From Mobula hypostoma (lineage: Eukaryota): 64,000 bases of DNA. Under the pieces are notes generated by a model that saw nothing but the letters and a program-made list of their open reading frames with translations, was not told where the DNA came from and did not search any database. Of the stretch, positions 10,021 to 21,679 are shown in pieces. Within the stretch, counting starts at the first letter, position 1. The number at the start of each line of letters is the position of its first letter. Location of the stretch: NCBI RefSeq assembly GCF_963921235.1, contig NC_086097.1, forward strand, positions 2,294,001-2,358,000. The letters are read 5' to 3'. A program made the position numbers and the translations under genes.

Positions 10021-10399
10021 TGGAGACTGGAACTGTACAACACAGGACGGTTACGAGAGAGCTCTCGTAATCTGTGACACAAGTAATTTTCACATTTTGT
10101 CTATTCTAAAGTATAATGCTATATCTCATTCCATGATGTAATGTACAAATCAACAACATTAAAGCTAATACAACCCCCATTTCACAATGGGGAACTGTGT
10201 TCACTCGACTGCAAAGATTACTAAAACCAAATCATAATTAACAATGGAATGCGGTTTGGCAAAGCTTCATATTGTACTGGAGTAACTATAGTGATGACCT
10301 GTGTTATACGATGACAGGACACATGAGAATGTTCTTAGAAACTTAAAGAGATTTTCAAGTTAAACATGAAAGCATGGGTGATTGTCTTTACTATAACTT

Positions 10400-11375
10400 T
10401 GCCTCAGGGATCTGTTCTGGGACCCCTACTCTTTGTGATGTTTATGGATGAGGAAGTGGAGGGATGGGTTAGTAAATTTGCTGATGACACAAAGGTTGGA
10501 GGTGTTGTGGATAGTGTGGAGGGCTGTCAGAGGTTACAGCGGGACATTGATAGGATGCAAGACTGGGCTGAGAAGTGGCAAATGAAGTTCAACCCAGAAA
10601 AGTGTGAGGTGGTTCATTTTGGTAGGTCAAATATGATGGCAGAATATAGTATTAATGGTAAGACTCTTAGCAGTGTGCAGGATCAGAGGGATCTTGGGGT
10701 CCAAGTCCATAGGACGCTCAAAGCTGCTACGCAGGTTTACTCTGTGGTTAAGAAGGCATATGGTGCATTGGCCTTCATCAATCGTGGGATTGAGTTTAAG
10801 AGCCGAGAGGTAAAGTTGCAGCTATATAGGACCCTGGTCAGACCCCACTTGTAGTACTGTGCTCAGTTCTGGTCGCCTCACTACAGGAAGGATGTGGAAA
10901 CCATAGAAAGGGTGCAGAGGAGATTTACAAGGATGTTGCCTGGATTGGGGAGCATGCCTTATGTTAACAGGTTGAGTGAACTCTGCCTTTTCTCCTTGGA
11001 GCGATGGAGGATGAGAGGTGACCTGATAGAGGTGTATAAGATAATGAGAGGCATTGATCGTGTGGATAGTCAGAGACTTTTTCCCAGTGCTGAAATGGCT
11101 GCCACAAGAGGGCATAGTTTTAACATACTTGGAAGCAGGTACAGAGGAGACGTCAGTGGTAAATTGTTTACGCAGAGTGGTGAGTGCATGGAACGGGCTG
11201 CCGGCGGCAGTGGAGGCGGAAACGATAGAGTCTTTTAAGAAACTCCATGGACACATGGAGCATAGAAAAACAGAGGGCTATGGGTAAGCCTAGGTAGCTC
11301 TAAGGTAAGGACATGTTCGGCACAGCTTTGTGGGCCAAAGGGCCTGTATTGTGCTGTAGGTTTTCTATGTTTCTA
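10400..11375 (+). mobile_element. CR1 LINE 3' portion (RT to tail)
   Basis: [12 protein letters not shown]...SKFADDTK...RPHL*YC...RGDLIEVYKIM, ending in a ttttctatgtttcta tail. Confidence 0.92.
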
Positions 11376-11842
11376 ATTCCAGGAGTTCTGTTACCCACCT
11401 GCTCTATTCAGAAGGCTAAACCTAACATTGGAGATATTAAAATGCGTTGGATACACTCTTTTAGACCCACAATTAATTGCTGCTCATTATTTTCTTCATA
11501 TTGCTGAGGACTTTTGGCTTTTGACTGAGAACATGGAATTGTACCATAGTCAGCTGTCTGACCTGTTGGATTCTATAACCAGATGCTTCCAGGAGCACCC
11601 AGGCATATTCTCAAGGAGTGTAGGAATTCAAGCACAAGGGCCGAGTGTTTCTTACTAAATTGTGCTATAGTTTCATGTGTACTTCAAGAATCCAATATTG
11701 CTGAAAAACCCTGCTGAGCTCCTTGGGGAAAAGTGACCTGTCAAATAACAAACTGGACACCAGTCACAACGGTTCTATTAATACAGTACTGCATTGTGTC
11801 CCTGTCAGGAACTGGGTGCAAAATTCAATTTGCTGATTTACT

Positions 11843-12102
11843 TAGATACACAGCTTAGAACAGGTCCTTCTGTCCCAGCAAGCTACTCCACCTATTTAAT
11901 TCTCGACTGATCAGAGGACAATTACCAAGTAACCTACTAACTGGGACGTCCTTGGACTGTGGGCGAAAACAAGAGCACCTGGAGGAAACCCATGCAGTCA
12001 CCGGGAGAAATGCACAAATTCCTTACAAACAGCATCAGAATTGAACTCTGAACTCTGACACCCCAAGCTGTAATAGCATCACGCTACTCTACCGTGACGC
12101 CC
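11843..12102 (-). mobile_element. V-SINE (HE1-like)
   Basis: Reverse complement of the V-domain (cttggactgtgggcgaaaacaagagcacctggaggaaacccatgc) and a B-box-like gagttcaattc. Confidence 0.7.
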
Positions 12103-12259
12103 TACATAGGCATAGAATTGTGTTGTGTCTATGTAATTAGTTGCCACAGCAGCATCATCGGAACAGGGGAGATTCTCCGAGCCCTTCCACAAGCTCATCT
12201 TCATTTGCCCTGTTGTGGGTTAATACTCTTAATAGCATCACGGTTTCCCAGGATTGGAT

Positions 12260-12530
12260 AGACAAAATTAGGGTGAGAATGGAGAAATTTAATAGGAACC
12301 AGAGGGTGGCCTCCTTGCCCAGAGGGTGCTCAATATATGAAACGCACTGCCAGAAGAAGTGGATGAGGACTGTACATTTATAACATTTAAAAGACACTTG
12401 GTCAGGTCCACAGATCAGAAAGGTTAGCAGGATAAGGGGACTAACACAGAGAAATGGGACTAGCATAGCTGAGAATTTTAGTCATTACAGACCAATTGGG
12501 TCAAAAGGCCTGTTTTGGTGCTGTATGAGA
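12260..12530 (+). mobile_element. Highly degenerate CR1 3' end
   Basis: aaaattagg...cccagagggtg...aacatttaaaagacacttgg...aaggcctgttttggtgctgtatga. Confidence 0.55.
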
Positions 12531-12639
12531 AAGAAAAATTTGTTAACACAAATAATTCAAGACTCTTAGTCAAGTTTAGCTGAAGAAAGTGGTTTGAAGA
12601 TTTAAGCAAACCAAGTGATTTAAGTTTTTAATATATCCC

Positions 12640-12980
12640 AGCATCGAGAACATTTTCAAAAGACGATGCCTCAAAAAGGCGGCATCCATCATTAAGGATT
12701 ATCACCCAGGACATGCCCTCTTCTCATTGCTACCATCAGGGAGCAGGTACAGGAGCCTGAAGACACACACTCAACATTTCAGGCACAGCTTCTTCCCTTC
12801 CACCATCAGATTTCTGAATGGACAATGAATCCATGAACACCACCTCAGCATTTTTCTTCTCTTTCTGCACTATTATTTTTTTTCATTATGATTTACAGTG
12901 TTTTATTATAAATTGCAATGTGCTGCTACAAAACAACAAATTTCAGGATGCATGCCAATGATATTAAACCTGATTCTGAT
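12640..12980 (+). mobile_element. Rex1-like LINE 3' fragment
   Basis: RCLKKAASIIKD..HPGHALFSLLPSGSRYRSLKTHTQ.FRHSFFP, ending in a taaacctgattctgat tail. Confidence 0.8.
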
Positions 12981-13664
12981 TTTTTTAAGCTAGACTCAAC
13001 CAGTCTTGGAAGTGGTGCCTGCAGTATGAAGAGCAAAAGGAAATTCAGAGAATCATAAAAGATAATGAGAAAGAGTATTATAAGTCAAAGTCTCAGAGTA
13101 TGGTGTTTAGTCTTTGTACTTGCACTGTTTTTACCTCATTCTAACCCAGCGTTCTCCACATTCACCGCAATATACATCCACAGTTCCAAACAAACACAAG
13201 TACTATTACCACATTTAGTAAAATCATACATCGAAAATATTTCATTTAAATTGTCAAAATTGTGAAAGTGCCTCACTAAGAGTGAGTTGGTTAGAAACAG
13301 GGCTCTGTAAGTCATTTCATAGAAAGAAAGCAACAACTTGATAAATTATTATTTAGCTATTTGGCAATTAGATGTTAAATTGCCTTAGTCCTTGAAGAAT
13401 ACGCTGTAATAGGGTTCATTTTATGAAGAGGTACTGTGACTGTGGAATTCTTTGCCATAGGCAGCTGTGGAGAAAAGTCATTGGGTACATTTAATGCGAA
13501 GGTTGACAAGTCCTTGATTAGTCAAGAGAAGATAGGGGAATGGGGTTGAGAAGGATAATAAATCAGCCATGATGGAATGGCAGAACAGCCTTGATGGGCT
13601 GAATAGTCTAATTCAAAGTTGCTAGTGAACGCAGCAGGCCAGGCAGCATCTCTAGGAAGAGGTA

Positions 13665-13702
13665 CAGTCGACGTTTCGGGCCGAGACCCTTCGTCAGGAC
13701 TA
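13665..13702 (-). ncRNA. Minimal type I hammerhead ribozyme motif (Penelope-associated)
   Basis: Minus strand UAGUC-CUGACGA-A-GGGU(CUCG)GCCC-GAAAC-GUC-GACUG: conserved core CUGANGA/GAAA, stem I AGUC/GACU, palindromic ACGU in place of stem III, GUC cleavage triplet. Confidence 0.75.
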
Positions 13703-13949
13703 ACTGAAGGAAGAGTTAGTAAGAGATTTGAAAGTGGGAGGGGGAGGGGGAGATCCAAAATGATAGGAGAAGACAGGAGGGGGAGGGATGGAGCCAAGAG
13801 CTGGACAGGTGATTGGCAAAAGGGACATGAGAGGATCATGGGACAGGAGGCCCAGGGAGAAGGAAAAGGGGGAGGGGGGAAAAAGCCCAGAGGATGGGCA
13901 AGGGGTATAGTCAGAGGGAGAAAAAGGAGGGAGAGAAAAAGAATGTGTG

Positions 13950-14121
13950 TATATAAATAAATAACAGATGGGGTACGAGGGGGAGGTGGGGCATTAGCGG
14001 AAGTTAGAGAATGTATATAAATAATGGATGGGGTACGAGGGGGAGGTGTGCATATAAATAACGGATGGGGTACGAGGGGGAGGTGTGTATATAAATAATG
14101 CAGGGGGTACGAGGGGGAGGT
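13950..14121 (+). repeat. Short tandem repeat inside the Penelope remnant (~35-60 bp units, 4 copies)
   Basis: The motif atataaata...atggggtacgagggggaggtg recurs four times. Confidence 0.8.
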
Positions 14122-14168
14122 GACCTCCCCCTCCCACTTTTAAATCTCTTACTAGCTCTTTCTTCAGT

Positions 14169-14206
14169 TAGTCCTGACGAAGGGTCTCGGCCTGAAACGT
14201 TGACTG
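14169..14206 (+). ncRNA. Minimal hammerhead ribozyme motif, second copy
   Basis: UAGUC-CUGACGA-A-GGGUCUCGGCCU-GAAAC-GUU-GACUG. Same fold with two substitutions (a G-U pair closing stem II and a GUU triplet). Confidence 0.65.
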
Positions 14207-14470
14207 TACCTCTTCCTAGAGATGCTGCCTGGCCTGCTGTGTTCACCAGCAACTTTGATGTGTGTTGCTTGAATTTCCAGCATCTGCAGAATTCCTCGTG
14301 TTTGCGATAGTCTAATTCAGCTCTGATGTCTTATGGTCTATTGTATTCTTTGTTACAATAATCAGAAATTCCGAACTGATCCAGTGATAGAGCAGACTCG
14401 ATGGGACAAATGGCCTAATTCGGCTTCTATGTCTTCTGGACTTTTGTCCTGAAAAGTCCACTCAACTAAT

Positions 14471-14555
14471 AAACACAAAATAATCTGCAGATGCTGGGGT
14501 CAAAATTTCCATGGATGCTGCCTGACCTGCTGAGTTCCTCCAGCGTGTTGTGAGT
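14471..14555. mobile_element. 85-bp Penelope-like micro-insertion with a 15-bp TSD
   Basis: GTCCACTCAACTAAT is duplicated at 14456-14470 and 14556-14570. The insert is two oppositely oriented terminal fragments (ctgcagatgctgg; gatgctgcctgacctgctgagttcctccagc). Confidence 0.75.
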
Positions 14556-14869
14556 GTCCACTCAACTAATGCCTGATCATAATGCACCACCTTGAACAAA
14601 GCAACATATCTATCCTGCCATTTTTAAAAGTCAGTTGATCCATGTTGAATTTCTAGCATCTGCAGATTTTTGTTGTGTCTGTGAGTCCAAGTGAATGTGT
14701 GAATTCAGTAAAAACAAAACCTCGCTGTAGTTCACAAAACTAAATATCCCTGGACATTTCAATGGAGTGTGATCAATTTTAACATCATTACATAAAAACA
14801 AACTCTCAGGCAAAGCCTTGGCCAAATGAAGATGTTTTAAGATAGGATGGGTGGTAAAAAGCAAAGATA

Positions 14870-16514
14870 GCATGCAGTCAGACTGTCAGGGAGGGCAGGC
14901 AGATGATAGGACAGAACTGCAGCCAGCAGGGAGAGTATCAGTGCATTAGGGATGCAGAATCAAAAAGGGTAGCAAATACAACACTCAAAGTGTTATTTCT
15001 TATTCTCCACGCATTGAGATACAAGGTGGATGATCTTGTTACACTATTAGAGAGTATCAGATATGATGCTGTGGCCATCACTGAATCGCAGCTGAAGGAC
15101 GGTTGTAGTTGGGAGCAGAATGTCCAAGGTTACATGTCCTGTCCAAGGGATAGGAAGGTAGGCAGAGGGGGAGGCATGGCTCTGCTGGTAAAGAATGGTA
15201 TCAAATCAGTAGAAAGATATGACATAGGATCAGAAGATGTTGAATTCTTCTGAGTTGAGATAAGAAACTGCAAGGGTAAAAGGACCCGAATGCTACTCAT
15301 ATACAGGCCTCCCAACAGTAGCTGGGATGTGGACCACAGATTACAATGGAGATAGAAAGGACGTGTCAAAGGGACAATGTTATGATAGTCTTGGGACACT
15401 TCAACATGCACATCGATTGGGCAAATCAGGTTGGTAATGGATCTCAAGAGAGTGAGTGTGTTAAATGCCTGTGAGGTGGCTTTTTAGAGCAGTTTGTTGT
15501 TGAGCCTACTAGGGGAGCAGCTATACTGGATTGGATGTTATGTAATGCACCAGAAATGATTAGGGAGCTTAAGGTGAAAGAACACTTAAGGTAATGATCA
15601 CAATATGATTGACTTCAACTTGAAATTCGATAGAGAGAAAGTAAAGTCTGATGTAGCAGTATTTCAGTGGAGTAAGGGAAATTACAGTGGTATGAGAGAG
15701 GAGTTGGCCAAAGTAAACTGGAAGGAGCTGCTGGCAGGGATGTCAGCAGAGCAGCAATGCTGTGAGTTTCTGGGGAAAATGAGGAAGGTACAGGATAGAT
15801 ATATTCCAAAAATGAAGAAATACCCAAATGGCAAAATAGTACATCCGTGGCTGACAGGGAAAGTCAAAGCTAATGTAACAGCAAAAGAGAGGACATACAG
15901 CAAAGCAAAAATTAGTAGGAAGATAGAGGATTGGGAAGCTTTTAAGAACTTACAGTGAGCAACTAAAATAATCATTAGAAAGGAAAGAAGAAATATGAAA
16001 GGAAGCTAGCGAACAATATCAAAGCGGACAGTAAAAAATTAAAGAAAGATGAGATTGAATATAGGACTGCTTGAGAATGAGGCAGAAGAAATAATGACGG
16101 GGGAACAAGGAGATGGTTGATGAACAAAGTGAGATATTTTGCATCAGTCTTTACTGTAGAAAACACTAGCAGTGTGCCAGATGTTGAAATGTGAAAGGGA
16201 AGAGAAGTGAGTGCAGTTACTATTGCAAGAAGAAGGGGCTCAAAAGCTGAAAGGCCCAAGGGTACATAAAGTCGCCTGGACCAGATGAACTGCCCCTTAG
16301 GGTTCTGAAAGAGGTAGCGGTAGAGAATCATTGTACTCTGGCAGGGTCCTGGAGGACTGGAAGATTGCAAATGTCACTCCACTCTTTAAGAAAGGAGGAA
16401 GGCAGCAGAAAGGAAATTATAGACCAGCTAGCCTAACCTCAGTGGTTGGGGAGAGGTTGGCATCAATTGTTAAGGATGAGGTTATGTAGTACTTGTTGAC
16501 ATAGGATAAAATAA
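14870..16514 (+). mobile_element. CR1 LINE ORF2 5' part (APE endonuclease and linker), disrupted
   Basis: AITES.L...RDRKVGRGGGMALLVK...YRPP...DHNMIDF...PWLT...LFKKGGRQQKGNYRP, with multiple stops and frameshifts. Confidence 0.88.
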
Positions 16515-16994
16515 ACTGATTCCTAAGCTCCGGAACCTGGGCCTTAGCACTCAAATCTGCAGCTGAATCTTCAACTTCCTCACACACAGGACCCAGGGGA
16601 CAAGCTCTCCTCTACAATCACTCTGAGCACCAGTGCCCCACAAGGCTGTGTACTCAGCCCCCTGCTGTACTCACTGTACATCCATGATTGTGTAGCCAAG
16701 TTTCCATTGAACTCAATATACAAGTTTGCTGATGACACAACAATTGTAGGTCGTATCTCGGGTAATGATGAATTTGAGTACAGAGAGGAAATTAAGAACC
16801 TGGTGGCATGGTGCGAAGGCAATAACCTATCCCTCAACATCAGCAAGACGAAGGAATTGGTTGTTGACTTCAGAAGGAGTAGCGGACTGCACGACCCAAT
16901 TTACTTTGGTGGTGCGCAAGTGGAACAGGTCAAAAGCTTTAAGTTCCTCGAGGTCAATATCACAAATAACCTGACTTGGTCCAACCAAGCAGAG
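16515..16994 (+). mobile_element. Rex1/Babar RT-core fragment
   Basis: LIPKLRNLGL...APQGCVLSPLLYSLYIHDC...KFADDTTIVG...LNISKTKELVVDFRR...LTWSNQAE. Confidence 0.85.
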
Positions 16995-17597
16995 TAAGGA
17001 GGTGTTGATGAGGCTCTATGGGGCACTGGTGAGACTTCATTTGGAATACTGTGTGCAGTTTTGGGCCCCCTATCTTAGGAGGGATGTTCTGATGTTGGAG
17101 AGAGTTACAGGAGATTTACGAGGGTGATTCCTGAAATGCAGGGGCTAACATATGAGGAGTGTTTGTCGGCTCTTGGACTGTATTCATTAGAGTATAGAAG
17201 AACGAGAGGGGATCTCATAGAAACATTTCGAATGTTGAAAGGGTTGGACAGAGTAGATGTGGAAAGGCTGTTTCCCTTGGTGGGTGAGTCCAGGACAAGA
17301 GGACACAGTCTTAGAATTAGAGGGTACTCATTTAAAACAGAGATGAAGAGAATTTTTTTTAGCCAGAGGGTCATGGATTTATGGAATTCGTTGCCACATA
17401 CAGCTGTGGAGGCCCGAACATTGAGGGTGTTTAAGGAGGAGATTGATAGGTATCTAATTAGTCAGGGTATCAAGGGATATGGGGAAAAAGCCAGAAATTA
17501 GAACCAGATGGGAGAATAGTTTAACTCATGGAGTGGCAGAGCAGACTCGATGGGCTGAATGGCCTACTTCTGCTCCTTTGTCTTGTGATCTTGTGAT
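16995..17597 (+). mobile_element. CR1 3' fragment
   Basis: LEYCVQFWAPYL...RGDLIETFRML...FFSQRVMDLWNSLP, ending in a (tcttgtga)n tail. Confidence 0.88.
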
Positions 17598-19180
17598 CTA
17601 TTATTTAAATGGTAAAATAATACAGCATGCTGCTGTGCAGAGGGACTTGGGAGTGCTTGTGCATGAATCACACAAGGTTAGCTTGCAGGTACAACAGGTT
17701 ATTAAGAAGGCAAATGGAATATTGGCCTTCATTGCTAGAGAGATTGAACTTAAGAGCAGGGAGGCCATGCTGCAACTATACAGGGTACTGGTGAGGTCGC
17801 ACCTGGAGTACTGTGTGCAGTTCTGGTCTCCACACTTGAGGAAGGATATACTGGCTTTGGAGGCAGTGCAGAGGACGTTCACCAGGTTGATTCCAGACAT
17901 GAGAGGGTTAACCAAGACGAGAGATTGTGTCACCTGGGACTGTACTCTCTGGAATTCAGAAGAATCAGAGGAGATCTTATAGAAACATATAAAATTATGA
18001 AAGGGATATACAAGATAGAGGCAGGAAAGTTGTTTCCACTGGTAGGTGAGACTAGATCTCAGGGACATAGCCTCAAGATTTGGGAGAGTAAATTTAGGAC
18101 AGGGATGAGAAGGAACTGCTTTTCCCAGACTAGTGAATCTGTGCAATTCTCTGCCCAATGAAGCAGTGGAGGCTGCATCAGTAAATAAATTTAAGACGAG
18201 GTTGGATAGTCATAGTTTATTAATCCTGGGGGAAATTGGTTTTCGTTACAGTTGCTCCATAAATAATAAATAGTAATAGAACCATAAATAGTTAAATAGT
18301 AATATGTAAATTATGCCAGTAAATTATGAAATAAGTCCAGGACCAGCCTATTGGCTCCGGGTGTCTGACCCTCCAAGGGAGGGGTTGTAAAGTTTGATGG
18401 CCACAGGCAGGAATGACTTCCCATGACGCTCTGTGTTGCATCTCGGTGGAATGAGTCTCTGGCTGAATGCACTCCTGTGCCCACCCAGTACATTATGTAT
18501 TGGATGGGAGACATTGTCCAAGATGGCATGCAACTTAGACAGCATCCTCTTTTCAGACACCACCATCAGAGAGTCCAGTTCCATCCCCACAACATCACTG
18601 GCCTTACGAATGAGTTTGTTGATTCTGTTGGTGTCTGCCACCCTCAGCCTGCTGCCTCTGCACACAACAGCAAACATGATAGCACTGGCCACCACAGACT
18701 CGTAGAACATCCTCAGCATTGTCCAGCAGATGTTTAAGGACCTCAGTCTCCTCAGGAAATAGAGACGGCTCTGACCCTTCTTGTAGACAGCCTCAGTGTT
18801 CTTAGACCAGTCCAGTTTATTGTCAATTCGTATCCCCAGGTATTTGTAATCTTCCACCATGTCCACACTGACCCCCTGGATGGAAACAGGGGTCACCGGT
18901 ACCTTAGCTCTCCTCAGGTGTACCACCAGCTCCTTAGTCTTTTTCACATTAAGCTGCAGATAATTCTGCTCACCCCATGTGACAAAGTTTCCTACCGTAG
19001 CCCTGTACTCAGCCTCACCTTTTTGTTTGCAGATTTTTGCATAGGGGAATTAAGGGTTATGGGGAACAGGCAGGTATGTGGAGATGAATCCACGGTCAGA
19101 TCAGCCATGAACTTATTGAATGGTAGAGCAGGCTCGATGGGTAAATGGCACTCCTGCTCCTAATTCTTATGTTCTTATAA
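17598..19180 (+). mobile_element. CR1 3' fragment interrupted by a Rex1 insertion (18211-19015)
   Basis: YYLNG...RDLGVLVHES...RGDLIETYKIM; ggttggatag at 18200-18209 resumes as agatttttgcatagg at 19031; ttcttatgttctta tail. Confidence 0.88.
18211..19015 (-). mobile_element. Rex1/Babar LINE 3' fragment
   Basis: ORF 18348-18947 reads KTKELVV...YKYLG...KKGQSRLYFLRRLRS...FYESVVAS...SFLPVAIKLYN. The 3' UTR ends aataaactatgacta. Confidence 0.9.
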
Positions 19181-20039
19181 GCCATCAGCTTTCCTAAATT
19201 ATGCACCTCAGCATTTGAGATTTTAGCCGATCTGTAGCATGTCGGAGATCATGGTACAAATCCCCACCACGATTGCTCCTAGATACTTCCCCAGACTTCT
19301 CACAATTCCGAGATTCACCTTTAAATCACAACAATCTTTGTTGGAAAGCTCACCTTCTGTAATTCAGTCACCCAACAACAGACATGATAGCAATTTACTT
19401 GTAAAAAAGCTTAGCTTACAAAACATTGTTCCCACAAGAACACAATTGGTACGTACAGGACCCATTTATGCCAATGAGTCATTGGAAAACAGTTATTTCA
19501 CAGAGAAGTGTAATTGCAGCAGTTCATTTATTGCAATTTAATAATCAGTGGTTTGGGGTTTTTCTTTTTGAAGGCAAATTAGCTTGAAATGGAAAGCCAA
19601 ATTTACATTTACCAGAATTGGAATTCTTGAAAAATAGTTGTCAAACAGAACAACTACCAGCCCCAAATTCAGCTTCTTGAACCAACATGCCTGAGCTGAA
19701 ACCTAAACAGAGGAAACAAAAAGACAGAGAATGTCATCAAGGGAAAGAACTGCGACAGAACAGAGAGAGAAAGTGACCAGGAGGGAAAAACAGCAGAGAG
19801 ACTTGTTTGACCCGTCTCCCCATCTCCCTCTCTTATCACATTTCTACTTTCCACTGTTTCTTCTACTTCCTGCTTTCCCCAAGCAGTGAGGCTGATCAAT
19901 CCTTCTACCCGCTAACCCACCCCCAAGCAAAGGCAGAGCATGTCGTCAAGGGAAAAAACTGGGACCGAACACAGAGTGAAAGTGATCGAGAGAGAAAAAC
20001 AGAAAAGAGGCCCATTTGAACTGTCTGTAACTTCAACAG

Positions 20040-20630
20040 TCTTCAGTTTTCCTTTGGACTTGGAGGCAATTTGATGTGGCAGAACCAAGCAAGGCGAGGC
20101 CCGTTGCCGAGAGCGTGGAAGAGAATGAAAGATCAGACACTGGCCAGATTGATGCCATGGGGTCCTGGTGCCAGAAGTGACTGAGCATGATGTGCGGATG
20201 GAGATTTACAGGCCAAATCCAAGCCGCAAAGTCTGGTGTATCCAAGCAGTAGAACCTGCTGTATGGATGGACAGTAAAGTGCCAGGTCAGATTGAAAAGG
20301 TCAGAGTGTCGCAGACCGAGGTGAGATATGGGCCGGTTTAGATCACTGCTTGAAGCATTAGAACCGGATGTTCAGGCCAGATTGAAAAGGTCAGGGTGCC
20401 GGGGCCCAAGACGAAATAAGGGCCAATTAAGATCGCTGCTCCAGAATGTTTACTCTGTTCTGTGCTGAACCACGGGATTCTTGCAGCTTCAGTTCAGAAA
20501 CACATTTTGCTTGTGGTTACAGTTTTCATGATACTTCTCTTCATTGCACATTGGGTGTTCAACTGTCTTTATGGATTACTTTATTCTTTTATTTTCTTAT
20601 GGACACGACGTGTTTTTTTAATTCTCTGCA
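20040..20630 (+). mobile_element. Putative non-autonomous retroelement (GC-richer body with T-rich tail), containing a 70-bp duplication at 90-bp spacing
   Basis: cagattgaaaaggtcag...agatc.ctgct occurs at 20281-20350 and 20371-20440. The tail (ttgcacattgggtgtt...) resembles 38700-38760. Confidence 0.4.
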
Positions 20631-20637
20631 CAGTGAT

Positions 20638-21660
20638 GAGCGCTGTATCATGTGGAGGGGAGGACAGTAGGCCGACAACTGGTGAGCGCTGTATCATGTG
20701 GAGGGGAGGACAGTAGGCCGACAACTGGTGAGCGCTGTATCATGTGGAGGGGAGGACAGTATGCCGACAACTGGTGAGCGCTGTATCATGTGGAGGGGAG
20801 GACAGTAGGCCGACAACTGGTGAGCGCTGTATCATGTGGAGGGGAGGACAGTAGGCCGACAACTGGTGAGCGCTGTATCATGTGGAGGGGAGGACAGTAG
20901 GCCGACAACTGGTGAGCGCTGTATCATGTGGAGGGGAGGACAGTATGCCGACAACTGGTGAGCGCTGTATCATGTGGAGGGGAGGACAGTAGGCCGACAA
21001 CTGGTGAGCGCTGTATCATGTGGAGGGGAGGACAGTAGGCCGACAACTGGTGAGCGCTGTATCATGTCGAGGGGAGGACAGTAGGCCGACAACTGGTGAG
21101 CGCTGTATCATGTGGAGGGGAGGACAGTAGGCCGACAACTGGTGAGCGCTGTATCATGTGGAGGGGAGGACAGTAGGCCGACAACTGGTGAGCGCTGTAT
21201 CATGTGGAGGGGAGGACAGTAGGCCGACAACTGGTGAGCGCTGTATCATGTGGAGGGGAGGGACAGTAGGCCGACAACTGGTGAGCGCTGTATCATGTGG
21301 AGGGGAGGACAGTAGGCCGACAACTGGTGAGCGCTGTATCATGTCGAGGGGAGGACAGTAGGCCGACAACTGGTGAGCGCTGTATCATGTGGAGGGGAGG
21401 ACAGTAGGCCGACAACTGGTGAGCGCTGTATCATGTGGAGGGGAGGACAGTAGGCCGACAACTGGTGAGCGCTGTATCATGTGGAGGGGAGGACAGTAGG
21501 CCGACAACTGGTGAGCGCTGTATCATGTGGAGGGGAGGACAGTAGGCCGACAACTGGTGAGCGCTGTATCATGTGGAGGGGAGGACAGTAGGCCGACAAC
21601 TGGTGAGCGCTGTATCATGTGGAGGGAAGGATGGTAGGTTGATAATTGGTGAGCGCTGTA
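20638..21660 (+). repeat. 46-bp minisatellite, ~22 near-identical copies
   Basis: Unit gagcgctgtatcatgtggaggggaggacagtaggccgacaactggt with period 46. Rare variants (tatgcc, tgtcga, one extra g); the terminal copies are diverged. Confidence 0.97.
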
Positions 21661-21679
21661 TTGCACAGAGGGAAGGACC

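Larger units (their letters stand above)
13613..14306. mobile_element. Penelope-like element remnant with inverted pseudo-LTR arms
   Basis: 135-bp inverted repeat (13613-13747 vs 14124-14258) and a terminal cagcatctgcaga motif. Flanked by duplicated ATAGTCTAAT(TCA) at 13603-13615 and 14307-14319, and inserted in a CR1 3' end. Confidence 0.82.
13411..14345 (+). mobile_element. CR1 3' end split by the Penelope insertion
   Basis: ctgtggaattctttgcc...aatcagccatgatggaatggc...gggctgaatagtctaat, resuming at 14307 with tcagctctgatgtcttatggtct. Confidence 0.7.

Noticed and set aside
13522..14310. Paired similar ORFs (MLVNAAGQAASLGRG...) as duplicated genes
   Set aside because: They are translations of the two inverted Penelope arms.
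20638..21660. CRISPR-like array
   Set aside because: Units are head-to-tail identical with no unique spacers, there are no cas genes, and the context is eukaryotic.
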